Positions 22,001 through 37,000 of a stretch of DNA of 64,000 bases are shown here, one piece after another. The stretch comes from Balanoglossus misakiensis (lineage: Eukaryota; Animalia; Hemichordata), in NCBI GenBank assembly GCA_040954595.2, contig CM082581.2, positions 3,216,699 through 3,280,698 of the forward strand, written 5' to 3'. A program made the translations under genes and the position numbers. Within the stretch, counting starts at the first letter, position 1. The number at the start of each line of letters is the position of its first letter. The notes under the pieces were generated by a model. That model had not been told where the DNA came from. It was given only the letters and a program-made list of their open reading frames with translations, and searched no databases.

Positions 22001-25000
22001 ACAATTGTATTCTATTAAACAAAACCAAACATAGACATCAATATAGCTGCCAAGCAGCAATAGCGGGCACAAGCCAACATTGCACATAGCACATAGCGGT
22101 AATCATTACAGGTGTGTGCTTATTCTTACCAAATATAAAGTCAGCAGACTTTTAATTTATGTAGTATTTCGCATTTCCGTCATATTTACATCAAAGGTCA
22201 TGTGAGGTCACCAGAAATTTGGGTAATAATTTTGACCCTATACTGGTCCATGTCCCACAAGAACGAAACCTCAACCCCTATTAGTTAGCCTGGAATTAGG
22301 TATGCACATAATTAATGAGTTAAGTAGGTGTCACAGGTGACCTTTAAATTTGGTTTCTTATTTTGGTCCCATCCGTACTGTACCTACTCTGGGTGCCGAG
22401 TTATGCAGAAGAATGTCAAAGGTCACCAAAATTTGGGCAAGAAATTTTGACCCTATACTTATCCAGGTCCAACAAAAACCAGACCTCTAGCCTTATTGGT
22501 TCGCCTAGAATTAGGTATGCACATAATTAATGAGGTAAAGTGTAAGACTCCATTAGGAGTTCCATACCTCCAAATACCAAGGCTGTACCTGCTCTGGATA
22601 CCGAGATATGGTAAAGTAGGTCAAAGGTCACCTAAGGTCACCCAAAATTTGGGCAAGAAATTTTGACCCTTTACTAATCCAGGTCCAACAAAAACCAGAC
22701 CTCTAGCCTTATTGGTTCGCCTAGAATTAGGTATGCACATAATTAATGAGGTAAAGTGTAAGACTCCATTAGGAGTTCCATCCTTCCAAATACCAAGGCT
22801 GTACCTGCTCTGGATACAGAGATATGGTAAAGTAGGTCAAAGGTCACCTAAGGTCACCAAAAATTTGGGCAAGAAATTTTGACCCCATACTTGTCCATGT
22901 TCAACAAAAACAAAACCTATAGCCCTATTGGTTAGCCTAGAATTAGGTATGTGCATAATTAATGAGATATGCAGGTGTCACAGGTGACCCCCATTTCGGC
23001 TTTTAAATTTTAGCCCCAACCCTCAAAACGCCAAGTCTGTACCTGCTCTGTATGCCGAGATATAGGAAAGTAGGTCAAAGGTCATCTGAGGTCACCCAAA
23101 ATTTGGGCAAATTTTTTTGACCCCATAAAATTCTATTTTTAGATCTAATTTGCATATTAATGACCCCATCAAATCCAAATTTACAAAATCAGGTAGGGGC
23201 CCCATAACACACATTCCTACCAAATTTCAGCTCCATTGTACATGGAGTTGTGGAGAAGAAGATTTTTACCAAAAATTCTATTTTTAGATCTAATTTGCAT
23301 ATTAATGACCCCATCAAATCCAAATTTACAAAATCAGGTAGGGGCCCCATAACACACATTCCTACCAAATTTCAGCTCCATTGTACATGTAGTTGTGGAG
23401 AAGAAGATTTTTACCAAAAATTCTATTTTTAGATCTAATTTGCATATTCATGACCCCACCAAGTCCAAATTAACAAAATCAGTGAAGGGCACCATAACAC
23501 ACATTCCAACCAAATTTCAGCTAAATATGCCAAGTTGTTTTAAAGAAGAAGATTGAAATACCAAAAGTTGACGGACGACGGACGACAGACGACGGACGAC
23601 GGACGAAAGACGACGGACGACGGACGGACACTAATCAACCTACTGCTACAGCTCAGCTGACACAAGTGACAGCCGAGCTAAAAAATGGATTAGATATTAC
23701 AGCTTGTAAACATGCACTGAAATCTTACATAATTGCATAATAACTACACATGATATACATGTATGTGATATTGCAAGATATTCATGAAGCTAGGAAAAGT
23801 TGAGATTGAGATTTGCATAACCATGTCATGTGATACGTGTAGAATACTGAGATGTATACTCACGCAAGGAAATTCTAAAAGCTCAAACTTTTCTGTAGCT
23901 AACCTTGTTTACCCAATTACAACAAAAGTGGATATAAAAGAAATGCCCCAGAAACATGTTGTCTTCCCTCCTCTACTGTCTACTGATCTGTTGGTCAATG
24001 TCTGTCTGTCACTCAACTCACTCATCCACTATCTAAAGAAAGAACAATCCATACCTGTGTAGAAAGATGCTGATACAGATTGATCAATTTCTCAGTGGAC
24101 CAGCTGAAGAGCTGAAGTAACTGCATAACACGTTCCTGAAAAAATAATACCATGTTCTTAAAGTTAAGAATACAGTGTGTACAATGCAACTAGTACATGT
24201 ATACTGTATCACTACAAGCTTCTCTCTTAAAGAGTACCGTAATAACTACAGATATCCAACACAGCTAGTTGCAAAGACAAACAATCACAAAACGATACAG
24301 CATAGCATAGACAAGCAACAAAACATACAATACTTACAGCTGGTGATATTAGTTGTTCAATGGGTAATCCTTGCCCACCGTCATGAATAAATTCTATCAT
24401 GTACTGTTGAATGAATCACAGGAAAAGATGCGAAATTAATCACCATATTAATCAATCTGATTAAAATCAGATGTAGGGAATGGCGACTTGGTTTTTTTTT
24501 ATGCTGTCGTGAGGCGACAGCATAAAAAAACCACGTCGCCGTTCCCTACATCTGATTTTAATCAGATTGCATATTAATATACATAACTCAGTCAAATCGA
24601 TTACCAAAACAAGCGCGGTGACCCCTATATTTTATCACAGATTTTCATTGTACACACAAAGGAGAATCCAAAAATCCACAATTAAATAAAATGACAATAC
24701 TTTCAATTTTACCGATCATACATTTTGAACAATCCTTTTCAGGTTACTTTTTTTTAAACATACTGTAAACCAGGAAATTTTCACAAACGATAAATTTTCC
24801 CAAACATTGTGAGAGCCAGAAAAACAGGAAAATAAATAGTCGTGAATTTTGACAATGTGTTTTATGTACGCAAAGGCTAGGCAGTTACTGAAATACGAGA
24901 ACGTGAAATAAAATCGTCGTTATTGTATTTCTAAGTAAAGTCAATTACCTGCTACGTTCTTTTATTTTCAGGAAATAACAAATTGATATTTTTCATGTCC

Positions 25001-28000
25001 AAATGTGACTGCTCATGTGCATGTTTGAAATAGGTTTTGAACAGACCACTACATGATCCAAACATGTGTGAAACTAGGTTTTCACTGGTGATTCCGGTAA
25101 GGGACTGTACTGTATGAGATTATAACAGTATGGCAACTCACTGATAGAGCTTGCAACAATAGCATGGCTTTTTGCTCTGCTTTGTCATGGTACTTCTTCA
25201 AGTTGTATGCTTCCTGTTCAAAATCCTGTAAATAACAGAAGTATATATGAAACCTTCAGTTTTATTGCATGACAAATTGATTTCAAGGAATTATAAGACA
25301 GATTGATTTCAAGGAAAACCAACAGGAACAGGTCCAATCTACAGGTTGCATAAAACAAGAAATATTAGCAGATATGAACTGAATGTCTTCACATGATACA
25401 AAGGTGTTCCAACAGCTGTAGTGAAAGTTGATCTTTGCTGTTTCTGCTGTCTTCCTATAGCACACAATCATGAGCTTGTTGTCAGTACAGATCACTTCAT
25501 CTATACCTTGACCATTCACCGACCTCACTTAGGGGTCTTGTCAAAATCAAACATGGGGGCTTGCCCAGGCTTCCCGCGAAGCGCCCTGGCGCGCCTTTTC
25601 ACGCCTTGAAGTGCCCTTTCACGCCTAGACGCGCCGATGAATATTCATATTGTATGCACGCATATTCATGAGTACTTTGCATATTCATGAGTTCCAGTAC
25701 GTCTTGAACGACGCGTGGGCCCAGAAATGCCGGTTGTTCTTGCTGGTTACATCGCCTGTTTTATCTTTCTCAAGAGGAACAATGATTGTTTTCATAAAAT
25801 CCTCTGGAAGATAACCATGAATCAAAAACGCAGAAATAGCCATGGCTAATAACACATGGAGTCTGTTGCTAGCAAATTTATAGTGTTCACACGATAGATC
25901 GTCAGCGCCAGCGGCTTTATCAGATGGTAGACGCCTGATTGCGTCACCCATTTCGTTTACACTTAACACTGGGACTTCGCATGAAGTGGTTTGTGAGTAA
26001 ATAAAGGATTTGACGGAGTCTTCCCACACAGTATTGTTGACCGATGATAGAAGAGACGAGTAATGATCTCTCCACATATTTGCGATGTTGCCTTAACCTG
26101 AAGAGCCATCGACGATAAGGGAGTGGGAATTTTGTTGATTGAGCGCACCTTACTCCAGAAATTAGCATTGTCATTGCGTTGGAGAGAGGAAGCGAACGCG
26201 TCAGCTCTTGCTGTGTTCTTGTTACGTCGGCATGTTCTCAACACGTGTTTAATTAAACCTCGCGCGTGTGGTGCTCATGATATCATAAATTTGACCATAT
26301 CTGGGTTTTCTGAAACTGTTCCACATTTTAAAAGAATCTCTAGCGCGGTCATGGGCCTCTTTCACATATTTGTTCCACCCGGGGACTGATGGAGGGGAAT
26401 TCCTCTTCTTGCTTCCAAAGCAAACATTTGATGCCCTTCTCAAGGCTTGAGTGATGTTACGATAGAACGCACTAATGCTGTCCTTATGACGTCCACACAC
26501 ACAATGCCTATCTCTGCAGAGCAATGCTTGTGTCGGAATTTCAATCTCTTGGAGATATTTGTCGGAGGTGTTGTAGAAATTGTCAATATCACTGTTGCTA
26601 ATTTGATTCCAGTGGACTCGGTTTCTACAAGTGCCAGTATCCTTATGACCGTCTTCCAAAGAGGGGAGTGCACTTAGCGAGATTGAAATTGACAGGAGAA
26701 AGTGGTCTGAGGCAACAAAATCATGCAGAACCGACATTGAGTTTATACTGGCATGCGCCGAGAACGTAGCCACACAATGGTCTAGCCACGAAGTTGTCTT
26801 ATGAGCTTCGCTCATGTAGGTGAATTGTCCATTAGCCATATTTAACAGGTGACAATCCGACAGAAAGTAGTTGTTTTCACAACAGAATGATTTCAGTTCT
26901 TTCCCAAACGGTCTATTAGGATCGGCATTCCAGTCGCCCATAGCAAAAACACTGTTTGCTCCACTTTCCTCAATTATATTTTCTATCTTGGACAGGTGTT
27001 GCATAAAAGAGTCGAAATTTTCTTCACAGTCATAGGCATGTACACACAAAGGAAAAGGAGAATTCTGTCTGCCAGTTGAAGACGTAAAATGGCGTCACAC
27101 AGTTTCATATTCACTCAAAGCACTTCAGAAAGTATGGAGAGTACTTTCTCCATCGGCCCTTTTCAGGGCCCTGAATGTTGCTCGGAGTGTTCACCCGAGT
27201 TTTTTGGTACAGCTGTTCATGAAAGAGAACGTGTGAGCAAACGTGGTGGCAAGCGTGATGGTGCTGGACGACCGAAAATCTCAACTCTCTTTCCAACTGC
27301 TATGGAAACCGCCACTACGTTCATCGAAAGCAACGGCTTTCAGGCACACCAGCGAAGAAGGGAAACAACAGGAAACTGCGGTGTTACCCTAAAACAGATA
27401 CAGCAACAGCTTTACCAGAGCGACCCACAGCTGAAGGAGCACAGTGTGAGCTTAAACACAATACCAAGGTGGATGGTTGCCCCCAACAAGAGATTAAAGG
27501 CTGCTGTAAATTACAGCAGAGAAATCGACGCCAAGATTGCGACGACTACCAATAATGCCACAAAAACTGACGAGAACTCGCATTTTTATTTTGCACAGGT
27601 AAAATACATCATGGAATTCCCAGCGAAATATTCCGACTCTACTGTCGTGCAACAACATGAACAAGGTGAAAGCTGGAATTCCAGCTGTTTCACGCTACTT
27701 TCAAAACTCGCGCTACTTCCCAACCAACGATAGACCTAATCTTCCGGATCACGACTTCCCGAATCCAGGCTACTTGATTACACCTGCTGGGTACATGGTC
27801 CTTGAAAGACGCGACCAAGACACGTGCACCGATGACCTGGGATGACAGCACTATGTTTACGGCAACAGAGTGAACTCGTTCTGTCCATGCATCATAACGG
27901 CCCACCTTTCTGACATGGCAAAAATCATCAGACATCAGTGGAAGCCAGTCGTGTGCGGGGTAATCGATGGCGGGTCTGATTTTAATGTCAACTTCGCAAC

Positions 28001-31000
28001 TAACATTCTGTATTATATGAGACTTTGGCGAGATCTCGACCTTGATGTCCTCATCCTGACATCGTTTGGCCCTGGCTACAGTGCGTATAATATGGTAGAA
28101 CGTGGATGGGCAACCCTGTCGAAGAAGCTGGCGGGGGTCATTTTACCCGACAAACTTGACGGCGAGGAGACGTCCCCGTACGGCCAACGGTCACTGACTG
28201 ACACGGAGAGAAAAGAGAAGGAAGCGAAGGTGTGTACTCAACTCGATTTTTTATGTGACCCGTCAGTTGAAATAAGTGTATATTTTTCCCTGTGTATTTT
28301 TCGGGTATGATTTTGATTTTATGAAACGACAACAAGGTGCGAAACCATACTCGTATGCGTCACGCATACATGTTCTCCGGTTCAAAAGGGATATCTGATT
28401 TTTTTTTTACAGAAAACGTTATTGTCAGAACAGTTGTGGTTTTGTTGGATTTTTTTAGCGTTTTCGAAGCGTTTAAAAATTACGTTTTTTTTTTCTTCCT
28501 ATAGAGTTTCATTATTGTGTTTGTCTCTATAACTTATACATTGTTTCGCTTTTGGTCATCGTAGGTGTTCGACAATGCGATGCAAATCCTCTGCAGACAC
28601 TGGGAAAACGTCGATCACCACGGCCATCCAGTGACCTCGTCGTTTGAACCGTATATGGGAGAAGTAGGAAGGCTGTACTCTGACTACAACAGAGTGCACC
28701 GTCTCGTGCAAAAGGCCAGCGCCAATGAATTCAATCAGAAAACACAGACATCAAGAGGGAAATGGAAATTGCTTTGAAACATCTCAAGAAAAGAATCGGA
28801 ACTGTAATTTTCTGTAAGTGTGCGGACGACGAGTGTGAACACTGCAGTAGAAATCCAGTCAGAGCAACAGATACAGTACGATTTGTACGTTCGAGGCTTC
28901 CAGCATCGTTGCCAAGTCCTCAACACGAAGACCACTTTGCCACGTTTATGGAAGCAAGTGAATTACTGCGTCCGTCACCACCTACCCTGCATATGCCCAA
29001 GTACAGAAAGGCTGATCTAGGCGTCTGCAGACACTGCCCATTGTATACTTTACATCGATGACAGAGAAAACCAGACATTACCAACTTTATCATTCAAACC
29101 TGTAAATTAATCATGTTTGATAAAAAACTGCTGATTTTCATAGGGAGATCCTTTACCTAGGAAATAGTTCACTTTGTTCACCCAGGTAAATTTCAATATG
29201 ACTGTAGAAGCTGGTGTCATTTCTTCAATGAATTGCTAGTTACTGCACAGAGCCGAATGGTGTCAAATACTTCTACAGGGATATTTCTGCTGAAGGACCT
29301 CTTCCAAGGATTCTGAATTGAACAAGTCAACGTCGATGACATAGTTCACACTGGTTTGATATTGTTTGCTTGATGATATTGATAATGGTAACTCATCTCT
29401 TGGCATGTTCATAGACTTTTCTAAAGCTTTTCATAGGGTTAATCATGGCATTTTGTTTTCTAAATTAGAATACTAGTTACACCCTGACTTGCCCATTAAT
29501 TTCATTTAAAACCCTTTAGAAATAAGCAATAAATACTTACTTCTGTAATGAAATACCAGAGGACAAGATGAAGCCTGTTATAGCAGTCTTGATAGAGCCA
29601 CTGTGTCAAAGCTTTCAGATGGTTTGTTAAGAACTCAGTTAATGGCTTTAGTCTTTTTTCAATGGTGAAGCCTTCCATGTCTAACTCTACCAATAAAGAT
29701 AAACCTTGCTTGAAAAATAAGTTGATCTGCAAAATAAATAAACAATATTAAAATATAGCTGCAAGCAGCAATCAGTACCAAGCAAGCATATGGCAGTCAA
29801 AATGTGTCCAAATGAAATTACTGAACAAATTTTGTTTCCATCCCCATCCAACAAAATTCAGACCTCAAGCCCATATTAAGAGTTGCACAAAAATTGACAC
29901 GTATAAGTACATGACATACATGTATAGTGAAGTGTCTAGCCATGTGTGGTCCGTTCTGATTCCAAAACCAACATGTAGGCATATGCAAGCCACTGGCCAA
30001 ATAAAGCCAGATACCTCTCGAAAAGAAATGATGAGTCTACACTGAAATAGTGGTATTATGTTGAGTAATACTTACTTTCTGAGCTAGAAGGTTTATAAGA
30101 CTGTCTTGAACACAATCCAAATGCCACTGGCAGTGTCCAAACACAATATCAACCAATGATTCTGTCCTATGGTCTCCAACACTGCTACCTCCACTTGGTG
30201 ATCCCAGTGGTGACTTCATATCACTTGCAATACCAGCCTTTTGAGAAGTTCTCCCTTTTGTAGAGCTGTTGTTGCTATGACAACCAGTTGATGTGGCGCT
30301 CTCTGATGATGACACTTCATCATCTGTTACTGACCCTGGTATTTGTGGTATATCATCAATGACTACAAAGTCTGTATTATTGGGGATATAGGGAAAATAA
30401 AAAGCATCAAGAACACTATGCTTCCATTTGATTATACATAGAATACATGCACATGATAATTGATATACATTACTATGTAGGGATTACACAGAAATAGGCT
30501 GACCCAATTTCAAATTTCACAGCAATCTGACAAACAGTTTCAGGGAAAATAATTTTTGTTCAACAATGGCCAAAAACTGCCCCCAAAACAAATATGCAAA
30601 TAACACCAATATTGTATAATTTTTCAGTTCAATCATGAGAAGAAACATGCGTACCAAAAGTCACAGCAATCTAACAAGCAATGACACAGACGGAAAACAA
30701 TTTTTGAAGAAAAATAGCAAAAATTGCCCCAATAACAAAAATATGCAAATGTCTCTACAATTTTACAAGATCTTCCTTGGGCTCCAGGAACAGACAACAT
30801 TAACCACATTTCGAAAAAATTAACTCTAAAAACAGACGCAAAGTTAGTGAGAGTTGCCTTGAACTTTGCAATGCATGCAGAATACAATATTCCTGTTACC
30901 AAAACATTAGGTAGAAATTCAGAACTTCACCTTCCAAAGATGCCAATGGCTCTTCAAACATGGTTGCACTGACACCATCAAATGTTGGTATAGTCTGTGA

Positions 31001-34000
31001 TAGCATTGACTGAAACACTGGCATCAAGGCAATCAAGTCAGACACATTGTTGATTCGACTACACATCTGTAAATACAAAAAAATAGTGTCAATGGCACTG
31101 TGCTCCCACTTGATCAGCATTTATAAGTAACACAGATTATACATAATAAGTTGTAGTGGGACTGTACTAATTAATCAGACAGGCACTATCTGAAAAAAAA
31201 ATTGGCCTACTATTCTACATGCCCAAACACAATATTGATATTTTAATATTGTTCACATATAATTGGGCGCTGCAAACAAAACTGCAAAGGAAACATTAGT
31301 CAGTGGCCAAAGAAAAGTTCTTGAACAAAAATATATGAACTGAATGTCCCCACGTGATACAGATCCCCAGACACAAACTCAAGTAAATATTGTCTGATTC
31401 AAATTATAAGCCCCATATCACTCTGATGGTAACTTCCTTGCGGCAAATGGAGGAAATTAATTGTACATCAATTGACAGTGAATTAGAATTCATTGAACAA
31501 AGGGCAGCAGAAGAAAAGGTAGGTGAATTGTCAGAAAACAGTGATCTTGACATAAATGAGTAAAACATAGAAACACAGTGTATGGGGAAAATTATGACCA
31601 GTTTATAATACATGGGTTGATGATATAATTATGAACAACGAAATGGAACGCAGCTTATTTTTTACTATCTAGAGGCATGTCCAAGTAATGGCTTTGGATG
31701 ATAGGTGTACTTTTTTCTACAAAAGCTACACACTAACACAATAAACTCAAGGTAATATTTGGGCATTTAAGTATTATAATAACATTTCATTGTGTTCTTG
31801 ATTAAATAGCTGACATTATCTTACCTGCTCAGTTACAGGTTCAAATCTATCCGAGAGATACTGTGAATCTTTGGATACATACTGATAACAGTTGTCTACT
31901 TCAGCAATCATGTGACGACACCCCCATAACTGATTTGTCTTTCTCTGCCATCTGATATGTTGTAGAAGCTATACAACAAAAACACATGAATCATATAGAA
32001 CTTTACATGTCAGGTAAATATGAAGGATTAAAGGGACAAATTCTGTCTCTCGCTGCCCCTTTTCCATTAATTATGTTTGATACAAGACACCGTTTATGAT
32101 ATTCTACATGTGGGTATCTAGTGAATCAATGTTTGACCACACACAAATTCCATCCCACTTGTAGACACAACAGTGAAAAACTCACCAAAATGAATAATCG
32201 GTGTTTACCGTTTATTCATTTTGGCAAGATTTTTACTCTCATATCCTACAAACAGGATGAAAGTTGTGTGTGGTCGAACGTTAATTCACTATATATCCAC
32301 GTGTAGAATAACCCAAACAGTGTCTTGTATCAAACATAATTAATGGAAAATGGGCAGCAAGAGAGAGACTTTGTCCCTCTAAGGGGAAATTGGATTAAAG
32401 GGAACTGGGTTCATGCCAGTGGGTGTGCAGGTGGTGGAGTTGTCAGAAAAATTGCAAGGGTACAAATTTCATATCATATCATCACAGGGCTAAGATAACA
32501 TTATGTTCAACATTTCATCAGTTATTGCTTGGACAAGGATTGATGTAAAATTGCAAGACACTTAATGTATTCATGTGTGCACAAACAAACATCAGGTAAA
32601 TACTCATTAGTTGTGCAAAACAGAGGCAAATGGGCCCTAAAAACATCATTAACATGCACCTGGAACCTAGAGAATCTACATAATGATAGGAGCTGAAGTT
32701 TTCTACTGATGTGCTTGCCTCATACATGTACGTCTTGGATATCATGGCTGTACATGGCCTCATTTCTGGTTTTGTATACTTTTTGGTGGTCTATAACTGT
32801 GCTATGCATAATTGACAGTTCGGTATTACAGGCATTTGTGTCACAGAGTGTAACATTTCCCTTCAACTGAACACAAACTCTGTATGGTTATTCAAAAATT
32901 ACCTGTTGCCCAAGGAGTTTCCGTGCTATTACCTTCGGAGTTGCACATATGTCCAGGGAAAGTAAATTATCTGCATATGTACATACAGTACAGGAAAAGG
33001 CCTGAAAAATCAAAAATAAGTAACCATCTCAAATTACTGTAACTTGAATAAATGAGGAAGGAATTTCAGTCTCAAGAAGACAATTTTGCACAAATATTAT
33101 GTTGTATGTCGTTTAGGAATGTGAATCAGTGGTCTCGCTATAGCTAACTCTACAAAATGTTTGTGCGGATAGTCTACGTATAGTGAGAGTGACCGACTAG
33201 TGACCACAGCGCACGCCATGCCACTAGGACTTCAATTAATGACTCCAAGTTGCTGGTCATGAGGTCGTTTGTTGAATTTCAAGGCGCAAACTCGCACCAC
33301 ACCACCGGGGGGACACAAGAAGAGCAACGATTACAGAAAATTGATTTACGTCAGTTTGGACAAATGGTCTTGTAGTTACAGCAAATGATGGTTGACCTGA
33401 CTAGGGAGTATCGAAACCAGTCATGAGTTTGATCGAATTGGGCAGGGGCCCTATCGAGCAATCTAACAAGCACCGACCCCGGGCACCGACTCACACATGG
33501 TCCTCTATTCTGACATTACAATTTCATTCAACAACGATTCTCTAATGATGAGTGTGTGGAAAAAAATATATCTATCAATAGTTCAAGTTTTACTCTGTCA
33601 CTGGGTTTTACAGCTTGTCAGATCGATGTCTGCCCAGGCTGCAGTTTATTGCAATCGCTTAGGAGGACTTTACCGACAACCCGCCAGAAAAACCTCGATT
33701 GCGCACTGCTGATAGTACTTCGTCGCTAAACAGTCCACTGCTAAAACTAACCATAGCTCAAGTTCCAAGACTAGTCAGCATGGTCAGAGAAGTAATGCGA
33801 TTAGCCCACCTGGTCAAACAGATTACGCAGATAAACTACCAACGCTTACGACCAATAGTTACAGTCGTTATGCACAACGACCACTCCTAATCACTCCCAA
33901 ATAAACTACCATACAAACACACGTTAATCTGAATCCCTGGGTTTTCCGCGCCAGGGTTTGAAGCCCCATTATTTTCAAACATGATTTTCATGATTTTATT

Positions 34001-37000
34001 TTTAAAAGAATGGTCCATTTAAATAAAGCTAACTGATGGGGATATACAAACTTATTATCAATTTCTGATTGTGGCTGCACAAAATGAATAAGTTAAATAT
34101 TAAATGGGTGCCGCACCCATTTATTCAGCTGCCCATTGCAAGTGTGCACAACTATCATGATATGCACACACAGGTATTAGAATCTTTACAAATTCAAAAA
34201 GTTGCCATCTGTCGACTAAGGAGGAGAAGATTGAAATACGTTATCAATTAAAAATATCTTAAAAGTGACAGCTTTGGGGTTTTAAGTGAATAAATTAAAT
34301 CATAATAGTATCATAATGTCTTAATAGAATTTTTCTCATAAGTTAATGTACAGATCAGGTTGCTCATTATTACTTAAGCAATCTGAAAGTAAAATTCCTA
34401 CCTGAACCATGCGCTGGTATAACTGCTGACCCGCCTTGAGGTTATTTCTGTTGATGGTTTCTATTGCACTTCGATGTAGGTCACTTTCAGCACCATTCAG
34501 CAAGCATAATTCTGAACATTCATGGACTGGACACAACATTTCATACATGGTATAAACAAACGACGACAGTCTCTTAACAATACAGATGATATCAACAAGT
34601 GAGCTTGTTATTGGCAGTACTTTCTCTTCTGGGTTTTCAGTGAGTGTAATCTGGGTCACATCTAATCCACAGTCCGGTTCTTGTCTCTCAATTGAGGAAA
34701 TGTTTGATCCCTGATGATCCTCATCGGAATTGTGGGTTGATAAGCAGCCTATGTTATCCACCACTGGAGTAAGGTGTCTGACAGCACTGTCGAAAATTTG
34801 ATGAGGTTCTTTATCATCAAAGTTATCTGCGGTACTCTTCCATTGCAATGCCTCTGCATTGCACTGTTTGTCTGGTAAGTGAGTTGGTGTTGTTTCACCA
34901 CTTTTCTTAATGACTCGTACGTTCACAACTTCATTCTCTTCATTATTTTCCTTCACATCAGCAGATTCAGGTGCCTTCACATTTGTATCTCCATTTCCCT
35001 TGTCATCCTCTGTTATAATTTGTTCATCATCTCCGGCCATTTGTGCACAATCTTCGGGTTTTCTGACAACTGTGCCACACATTACACTGGTACTGATATC
35101 CTCTTCAGGAGTTTCAACTTCATTATTTGCCAGATTGCGTTTGTCTACTCCATTGATTTTCAAACGCTCTGAGGTCGTCCTCGCATCCGGATTTCCGCTA
35201 GCTTTTAATACAGTGGCCTGTTCATCACTGAATTGGAAATCCCCAGAAACACATCCATGTGTGAGTGTATCACTGTTATAACCAGATGGTTTAGTATCAC
35301 AGTGGTTTGGATGAACGTGTACTTCAACTTCCACCTCTGTTCTATTGGCTTCTGCTGGTTTCGAGATACTTCCACATTTATTCCTGTTGGTGCTCACAAA
35401 CAATTGTTCATCTTCAGAGGTTCCACTACATGCTGACTGCTGCTGCTGCCTCAAGCCATATTTATAATCACCATTTATGATAAAAGGTGTATCACTTACA
35501 GTGGGAGATGAGGCTCTCTCCATCTCACCTTGACTGGGCCACTGTTGATTGTTTATTGGTGTAAAATGATAGTTTTGGTGGAGTGGTTTTATTGGATCAG
35601 GTTGACTGGTGTGGTATTTCTTCCTTTCTTCTAATTCATCAGCAATCTGTACAAAAACAAGTCAACATCGATGACATTGAACACAGAATAATTATCTACT
35701 CACTGGGAAATACGAAGAGCGTTAATAAAATCACATAATCAGGGTACATGTATTATGCATCCCCGTGATAAGAGCAAAGATACATGCAACTGTCCCCCTT
35801 AATGGAGCATGTCAGGCCAAGGGCATTATTTATAATGCTGAAGTAACATCAAGCAAGGGCGATCGGATGTAAGAAATTATATCGGACTGACTGACACCGC
35901 TTTCAAGACCCGCTACAGCAACCACAAATATTCGTTTTCGCATAGGGAGCATGAAAACAGCACACAGCTTTCCAAACACATAGTATCTGGAAACATGGCA
36001 TACCAAGGTTCTGTTTTCAATGTTAAATTTGATATTTTGACTGTCTTTGCCTGTCTGCCAGCTCTTTGCATTCATCGGAAGCTATTGTGCGTCACTGTTC
36101 TGTGACTCTTTATAAACGAAAATGATATCATAACCATACCAAATAAAACATTTCCAGACATTTAGAAGTCTGTAGACCTTTCTTGTAGTTATCCATTTAA
36201 TGTTAAAGTCACGATGAATTGCCAAAATTTAACACATCTTCAGCAACACTCACTCAAACAGTGTACCAGAGTGTGTCCTCTATAACTGCCTTCCTTTGAT
36301 AACCATACAACTATCTAGGGTTAATGTTTATGCAGTGGACTAATGTTTTAAAACTGGTTGACAGTCAGGAAGTATGCATGAACAATCGATCGCTTGGATA
36401 ATCTAGCCATACTATTCTATCTTGTGATTTTTTGTGGTGAAACTGTGAAAATAGTGAAACTGAGTACAAAAAATTGTTGAAATCTGACCTGGGTTCTTGA
36501 GATATATTACCAAAAAGATATAAATGGCTGTGAACATGTGAGATCAAGTGATTTTTTTTCATGAAAAGGGTAACTTAAGGCTGTACTTTATCAGGCTAAG
36601 ATTATGAAATATAATGTAAAATATCAGACATGGCCCATTTTTACCTGTGGAGACTTTGGTGACATGTTGCCAGATGAAGGGACACTACTAAAAGCTGAAC
36701 CCTCAGACTGAGTGAGTTGAGTTCCAATTGGACCAAAAAGACGACAATCCTGCAGTGAGGAAAATGCAAAATCTTCTACTGCTGATGGTAGTTTTAATGT
36801 CTCATACTGCAAACAAAACAGAATAAGATAGATTATAATTTACATTAATAACCACAACATGCTCTTGTTTGAATATACGGTCTTTTATATAAGTATGTAA
36901 CCTTGTATCTGACTGAGACAAAGATGATGAATACAAGATTGATAAGAAACTACTGTACAAGCAAAGTGTGTGTGTGCCATGCCCTTTTCCCACAACACAT

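Noticed and set aside
33120-33890. CpG-richer block in intron 17 as a TIR element
   Set aside because: Probably a repeat, but I could not define matching termini or a TSD.
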